NCBI RefSeq assembly: GCF_006345805.1
Contig: NC_043003.1
Location: forward strand, 34,720,001 to 34,784,000
Reading direction: 5' to 3'
Length of the DNA: 64,000 nucleotides
DNA from: Octopus sinensis
Lineage: Eukaryota
How positions within the stretch are numbered: the stretch's first letter is position 1; each line of letters starts with the position of its first letter. Below the pieces are notes generated by a model. That model was not told the DNA's origin, did not search any database, and was given only the letters and a program-made list of their open reading frames with translations. Of this stretch, positions 57,460 through 64,000 are shown in pieces. The translations under genes were made by a program, and so were the position numbers.

Positions 57460-57559
57460 TTTTATCCGAGGGGAGGCAATGCGAGCAACAACCACAGGAA
57501 CATCAGAAAATCCACAGAAAGACCAAACACATACAAATCTTCATATACTCATTTATATC

Positions 57560-58680
57560 TATAAAGCCCGACATTTAAAAATTAAAAATTTAGTAATATA
57601 TAAATATATCATATAAAAAAATAAATTTTGCATATAACACCTTGAATTTACGCTTAAAACATTTAGTATAAATTTGTTACAATAAGAGAAATAAATATAA
57701 TAATAATAAATAAAAAAAAACATACAAGGCATATTAAAAGACGGATTAAAATTCTAGCGAAATGTACATAAAAGATAATAATTATACAAGTTTACAAAAA
57801 TATAAGTTTAAAAAGATACATAGAAGTCCATCTACGGGCCGTTTCGGAGACTCGCCAATTAATATTATTAGACATATCATATACTTAAAATTGGCACTCC
57901 CCTCATCAGGATGTCCTATACATACAACACATAGTAAACGTAATCAAATAACACACTCCCATACCGGCCATATTCAGAACCGAGACATTAGGTACTCCCA
58001 GAAATTTTTCTCCGATCGTGAATGCTACTTTATACGCATATAATTCGACCCAGCAGCCATTGTAAATGGTATGAACGCAGCGCCATCTGGACCATTTTAC
58101 TTCTTCACTTATTTTATTTTATTTTATTTTATTTCAATCTTTTAAATTCCCACCTACGCGCTAAGCCACATATTCGGGTTCAAGTCCTTGACACATTTTA
58201 TACTAATAGCTATTTTTTCTTTTAATAATTTTTTCTTTTAATAATTACATTACTTTAGTTTTATTTCATTTACTACTTACTATGCTTACTAAATGTAATT
58301 CAATTGTTATTGTTTAGTTCTAACTTTTATTGCTATTTATATTTCTAAATTTCTTATGGAACGTCAAGTGGATCCTATGCGTACACGCTGGTCAAGGATA
58401 GCCCATGATATTTTAAATTCAACATTCCTTTCCTTAAGGTCATTAACATGTAATGCCAAAGTTGTAGAGATCTTATATTTAGGATTGTTGAAGGAGCTCA
58501 GGTGGGATCGGTACCTCTGCTTAATGTCTACTGTGCTTCCAATATATATTTTCTCAGTTCTTTACTTCTCTACCTTTAATTTTCACACAATAGACATTAT
58601 ACTCTATACATGGTTCGGTAGAATACATATTAAAAACCTAATTGGATTAATAAATATCAAGCATACACTTCTTTATTAAT
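57560..58680 (-). mobile_element. 3' portion of a Penelope-like retroelement (GIY-YIG relic, 3' UTR, hammerhead, AT-rich tail)
   Basis: Minus strand TEPCIEYNVYCVKIKGREVK /frameshift/ RTEKIYIGSTVDIKQRYRSHLSSFNNPKYKISTTLALHVNDLKERNVEFKISWAILDQ (58615-58367; not in the ORF track). It fits the PLE pattern VY...YIG.T...K.RY..H.SSF.......T.L..H...LK......I.W.IL. Outer boundaries are approximate. Confidence 0.85.
57819..57921 (-). ncRNA. Type I hammerhead ribozyme with canonical core
   Basis: Reverse complement: CAUC | CUGAUGA (57909-57903) | GGGGA..UGCCAAUU...AAUUGGCG..UCUCC helix II | GAAA (57845-57842) | CGGCCCGU | A | GAUG. All conserved core positions are present; GUA triplet, predicted cleavage between 57833 and 57832. 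Confidence 0.85.
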
Positions 58681-58863
58681 CTGTATCTGTTAAATGCAAT
58701 GTAGTTCATTACTTTTCATATCGTATTTTCTATTGTTATACTAACAATATGTAGATATATTTAGCCTATCTCCAGAAAATCGAAAACCCCAGAAATCCTA
58801 GCCACTTCCGGTCCCAAGATTGCCAAGTGTTTGGCTCAGTACTACATATATATTAATGAAATT

Positions 58864-59670
58864 TATATAAGCTTAAAACTTATGGCGATCACCGTGCAAT
58901 GACTAAGGAAAATACAAGCCCATGACAGAAAAAAAGGCTTTTCTATCCACATGGAACGCAAAATCCAATAAAGAAATAACATGGAACGCAAAATCCCGTC
59001 CCTTTTTAACGCGACTGTCTTACCTTTACACCATTGAATTAACCTCGCTGTTTCTATCAAATTTAAGAACTATATTAGTTCATATTCGTTTTATGGAAAC
59101 AAACTTTCTATATGCTTTCGTTGCGAATGGTTTAAATATACGCCGCCCTGTTTTGCAATCCAGTAAATAATAGATGTATTTATATAAGCTTAGAGCCTAT
59201 GGCGTTCACCGTACAATGACTAAAATAGTCTAACAAAGGGGCATATAAACCCATGACGGAAAATAGAAGGCTTTACTAACAAAAGGACGTGGGTTCGTGT
59301 TCCACGAGAACCTACGTCTTTTTGTTAATGCGACTGTATCTGTTAAATGCAATGTAGTTCATTACTTTTCATATCGTATTTTCTATTGTTATACTAACAA
59401 TATGTAGATATATTTAGCCTATCACCAGAAAATCGAAAACCCCTTACACTAGCGAATTCGCCTCGCGTTTTTTTTTTTACAAATTTAAGAACTATATTAG
59501 TTCGTAATTGTTTTATGTAAACAAACTTTCTATATGCATTCAGTGCGAATGGTTTTAATATATGTCCTGTAAATAATAATAAAGCTTAAAGCTTATGGCG
59601 ATCACCGTGCGAAGGAAAATAGTCTAATAACGGGGCATATAAGCCCACGACAGAAAAAAAGAAGGCTTTC
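58864..59670. repeat. Tandem satellite-like repeat, ~310-bp monomer (2 copies plus a partial third)
   Basis: AAGCTTA..CTTATGGCGATCACCGTGC... recurs at ~58869, ~59186 and ~59582. AAATTTAAGAACTATATTAGTTC... recurs at ~59059 and ~59481. Confidence 0.8.
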
Positions 59671-59684
59671 CTATCGTACTATAT

Positions 59685-59752
<68 letters not shown>

Positions 59753-59766
59753 TGTGTGCATGTATG

Positions 59767-59815
59767 AAGGCGGCGAGCTGGCACACACGTTAACGCGCCG
59801 GGCGAAATGCTTATT
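59767..59815 (+). mobile_element. SINE family B 5' head fragment
   Basis: AAGGCGGCGAGCTGGCACACACGTTAACGCGCCGGGCGAAATGCTTA: GC-rich tRNA-like head directly after a (TG)n tract. Confidence 0.55.
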
Positions 59816-60072
59816 GATTTTCCATTTCAGTGGTGCGATTTACTGATGTTTCTGTTCGCATATAATGGCAAAGAGAACAATACGATATACCAGTAAGACC
59901 AGATGGTGAACGACTGCATGCAATGATACATTCTGAAATAAACAGCTCCTAATTTGTGACAGACATTAATTTTTCAAAAATAATGTTAATATATACATAC
60001 ATACATATATGTGTGGGAGTGCGTGTGTGTATGTGTGTGTGTGTGAGTGAGTGTGTGTGTGTATGTGTGTGT

Positions 60073-60104
<32 letters not shown>

Positions 60105-62728
60105 TGTGTGTGTGTGTACGATTAATACAGAAAAGTAGATGACGGAGTAGATGAGCTAGTTGCAGCGTAACCTTACGAAGCACAAAAAAAAATTGCTTAA
60201 ATTTGACTTTACGTCGCAACCAATGGGTTGTTAGTCCACTGGCTTATCTGTTCTTACATATTGTCTACAATTGGTATAGATGAGACACTAAAATGAGGTA
60301 ATTGCCATAATTTAGAGCATCCGTGCAATTGATTGAGGTCTTCAGGAATACCATTATACATTCCAGATGTTGTTAGTTTCATAGCACTCTGTAATCATTA
60401 TCAGAAAGGAAAAGAAAGAATGATATCAGCACGTAGCACTATCTTACTCCAATTCTTCTGAGTAGTACACTGAATATAAAGGAGTTAGTAAGTGATGTCT
60501 TTACTTATCTATCTATAATTTGTTGCGTATTCGCAAAGCCTAATTTTTAAAGAGAGGGTAATACCTTACATGCCTATCTTAAGGGAAATGATTTGGAAAA
60601 CCAAATAAAATAAGTACAAGCAAAAATCGAATCCGGGTTGAGAGCTCGGATTACTAGGAGATCCCTTCTATTCTACTATTGTACAGTGTTCGCTACCTTA
60701 ATGTATAATGGATATTTTCTTCGGGGGGATTCCTTCACGTTGCATTATTGCATACAAGATATCACTATCGATAATGCTAGAAATCTTTCCCTTCCTCCTC
60801 ATCAATTTTCATGTACAATGTTTATGTACAACAAGGCATTTTACTGTATTGATTCTTCGATTAAGATCATCTGTGTGATTATGCGACCTGCGTAGAACTA
60901 TGTTTGTTCGTTCCGCAATTCACACACACACACACACACACACACACCCAAGTATACGTACAAATGCACGCAAACACACAAGCACTCACACAGAGTCACA
61001 GACAATCTAGCCTCCCCGTCTCTCGTTCTTTATCACGTCTCTTAGTTTCTTCTTATTCGTCTACCATTCTTTCTGTTCCGCATCTTCATTTACTTGGCTG
61101 CTATATGACTTTCATTCGATTTAGTTTTACACAGTTTTTACCTCACCCTACATTATTGCAAAATACCACCGCTATATCTGTAGTTCTGCTTTTTTTTACT
61201 TTTATTAAGCTTTAGGGGAAAATTAAGAAGATACGTTAAAGAAAAATTCACATTGCAAAAGAGTACACGAACACTTTTGTTCTTCCCCTCTGAACCATTT
61301 AGATATTTCAAACAACATATCCAACTCATACATTTATCTCACTCCGTATAAATCTCTAAGATCACTACCAACAGCAACGTTAAAACCAACAGCGCCTCAA
61401 TATTAGCACTGGTATCACAATATGTTTAATATTACGTTAGTGATATTAGAGAGGGGTTTCTTGTACAGGTCTGAGCAACATCGTTTTCAAGAAGTCTGGC
61501 CGTTGCCAATGCATGCAAGCCACCTCCTATCGAGGCCGCTGAATTATCTACGTAAAATGCCACTACATTAGGTGCGATACAGTATAGTGTCAGTGTCATC
61601 GAAGCAATGCTACCAGAATGCAAAATACCGCAAGGCATCGTAGCCAACGCTCTAAGATTTGTCCCAATCCATTGCTTAGGATTTGCATTTTATTGTCATC
61701 TCTGAAGCGATGAAAGCCAAACTTTACGCCTAGTGGGATTTGAACTGAGAGCGCAGGAAATCAAAAGAGATTCCGCGGGATATTCCCGCCAATATTTTAC
61801 CGATTGCATCAATTCGATGCTTTATCATATACGGTAATTTTTTGTCCAGTCTTTAATTTTACTACAGACTCTCAAATACCCATATTTTATCACATTTATT
61901 AATATTCATTTATAAGAAAACTGTTTTAATATCCTGTACACTGACACTCAAATTACTTTCCCGCTAACTGTTTACATAAATAATTCGTTATCACTTCTAT
62001 ACCGTTCGTTCGCACCGGGTCCGCTCTGATAAGATAGATTGATAATCAAAAGCATCCCAAAGATATTTTTTGACTATCAGTTAATTAAATAATACACTAT
62101 GTCCTTCCTGTATTTAAGCAAGTAGTGTGTGATTGAGGGAAATTTTGTTGCTATTTCCAGAAAGCTCACTGAACTCAGACAAGCTTCGAAACTGGTGAAG
62201 ATCTAAAGAAACTGAAGTTAAAATTCCTATATTTCCTTGGTAATTTAATTAATATCTTCAAAAGATTTGTGGATATAAGGATTAACATATTAAGAAAATA
62301 TTTGAAATTTTCGACTTCATGCTTGATAACACGTTGACTTTTATGAAAGAGTTATTTTGAGAATATATATCGAATGTAAATTATGGTTGCAGCAAGAATA
62401 TAGTGCGGAAATTTGAAACTAGTAGCACAACCTTAGAATTTCATTGCAGATGATAATTATAAAGTATAGCTATCCTGTATTTATATCTATGTAGGTAAAC
62501 GTTTCTGCTAAGAAATAAGCATTTTTTTAAATGGAAAGCATCGAACAATTCGTCACTAGGCCGACGCGCTATAGATTCAGTCAACTAGAATATATATATA
62601 TGCGTGTGTGTGTGTGTATATGTATATATATATATGTATGTATGTATATATATATATAATATATATATATATTATATATATATTATATATATATATCTAA
62701 GTTCCCTCTTATAACCTCAACTTCTCGC

Positions 62729-62762
<34 letters not shown>

Positions 62763-63689
62763 ATATATATATAAAACTTTAGAATAAATTAGAAGAAATG
62801 AAAGAAGAAATGATAGTGGAGAGTGAGTTGGCACGAAAATAAAGAAACGGGTTTATAAGGAATAACAAGAATACATTAAATGAGAAATAGAAGATAGAAG
62901 AAAATAATGGATGTGAAAATAAGAGGAAAATGGTAAAGAAAATAAAAATACAAGAAAATTAATTAAAAAATAATAATTGAGACAAATGAGAGAAATGTAG
63001 AAAATGTATAATGAAATAAAAGAGAAGAAATGAAAAAAAAAGTACGAGCTCTCGAAACATATAAATTAAAATAACACACATTAAGAATAAGGAAAATACA
63101 AATGTAGTGCATATAATAAATATAGAGTAGGAGAAACAGAATATCTAGAAAAATGGGGAAAATTAATAAAAACAGAGAAAAATTGAAAAATAGAGAAATA
63201 AAATATTTGTGATAATAAAACATCAACGGAAAACAAATTTTGAAGAATTGCCACAAGAAAGTAAAGGGAAACTGAAAACAGAATGAAAAGAAGAAGTGAA
63301 CTCTTTGTTTTAAAATAATTACGCATTTAATAATTAGGCTGAGTGCGGCGAACGCTCAGGAGCAAAACCTAAGCTCCCAGCAAACTGAGACCGCTAAGTG
63401 GTTTCAAATTTGGGCCGAAGCCATTTCACATTCCACATGTCACTTATTCCCTTAGAACAGAATTGAACGTCATACTTCCATTTCCCCTACCGCTAAATAT
63501 GTAGTGCCTCTATAAATATCTTAAACAAAATAAGAAGACTCAGTAGCGTAGATCAATAAGTACGTTCTTCGTGAGCAAATAACACACTAATGCGTTTGAG
63601 AAAGTCATGGACGATACAAAAAAACTAATTTTCAGGAAGAAATCTAAAATCAAGTTGAGATAGCAAAGCTTCGCTTCGGAACTATGAGT

Positions 63690-63985
63690 ATCTGTATTAG
63701 ACTGGAGCCGTTTAATGCCTTGTAAGTGGATATGGTAGACGGAAACTGTATGGAGGCCCATCGTATATGTGTTTATATTTCTGTCTCAAAGTTTTGTATT
63801 TCTGTCTCAATGCTTGCTTAACTGTGTGAGTATGCTTGCGTCCCTTTAACAGCGGTTTGAACAAAGATTGTTAGAATAAGAACCAGACTAGTGTTAAAAT
63901 AATAATACTCTGTTCCTTTTGGTCAACTAAACACTGCTGCGCCATCTTGGCCTCAGTCCGATGACAATAATAAGTAGAGAAAAGA
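63690..63985 (+). mobile_element. SINE family A 3' portion, degenerate
   Basis: GCCTTGTAAGTGGATATGGTAGACGGAAACTG...GCCCATCGTATAT matches the reverse complement of 32858-32903. Confidence 0.6.
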
Positions 63986-64000
63986 GAATTTTGCTGAAGG

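Noticed and set aside
59444-59470. Minus-strand GCGAATTCGCTAGT resembling a Helitron 3' end (hairpin plus CTAG)
   Set aside because: The spacing is atypical and the equivalent position in monomer 1 lacks CTAG.
58864-59670. CRISPR-like repeat array
   Set aside because: Units are long, diverged satellite monomers without unique spacers or cas genes, and the context is eukaryotic.
61432-61680. Complex-looking minus-strand ORF (VDNSAASIGGGLHALATARLLEND)
   Set aside because: No recognisable homology, and its start overlaps a SINE-like remnant.

Overview
AT-rich eukaryotic DNA, dense with microsatellites and mostly non-coding, probably a large intron or intergenic stretch. The repeat inventory looks like a coleoid cephalopod (octopus); this is inference from recalled SINE motifs. 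No intact host gene is supportable, and nearly all ORF-track entries are translations of simple repeats. Recognisable content: three Tc1/mariner-superfamily relics (a DD37D maT-type at 24.8-26.0 kb; DD34D mariners with paired TIRs at 44.9-46.1 and 54.6-55.5 kb), several LINE fragments (RTE-like and RLE/R4-like), at least three tRNA-type SINE families, a ~310-bp tandem satellite, and two Penelope-like (GIY-YIG) retroelement fragments. The main hidden signal is RNA-level. A canonical type I hammerhead ribozyme (minus strand, 57.83-57.91 kb) lies about 440 nt downstream of a Penelope-like GIY-YIG frame. A 148-bp MITE-looking palindrome at 27.5 kb is two outward-facing hammerhead folds sharing a U4C core variant. 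More degenerate hammerhead-like relics occur at 14.77, 27.17 and 46.47 kb. All folds were read by eye and none is tested.
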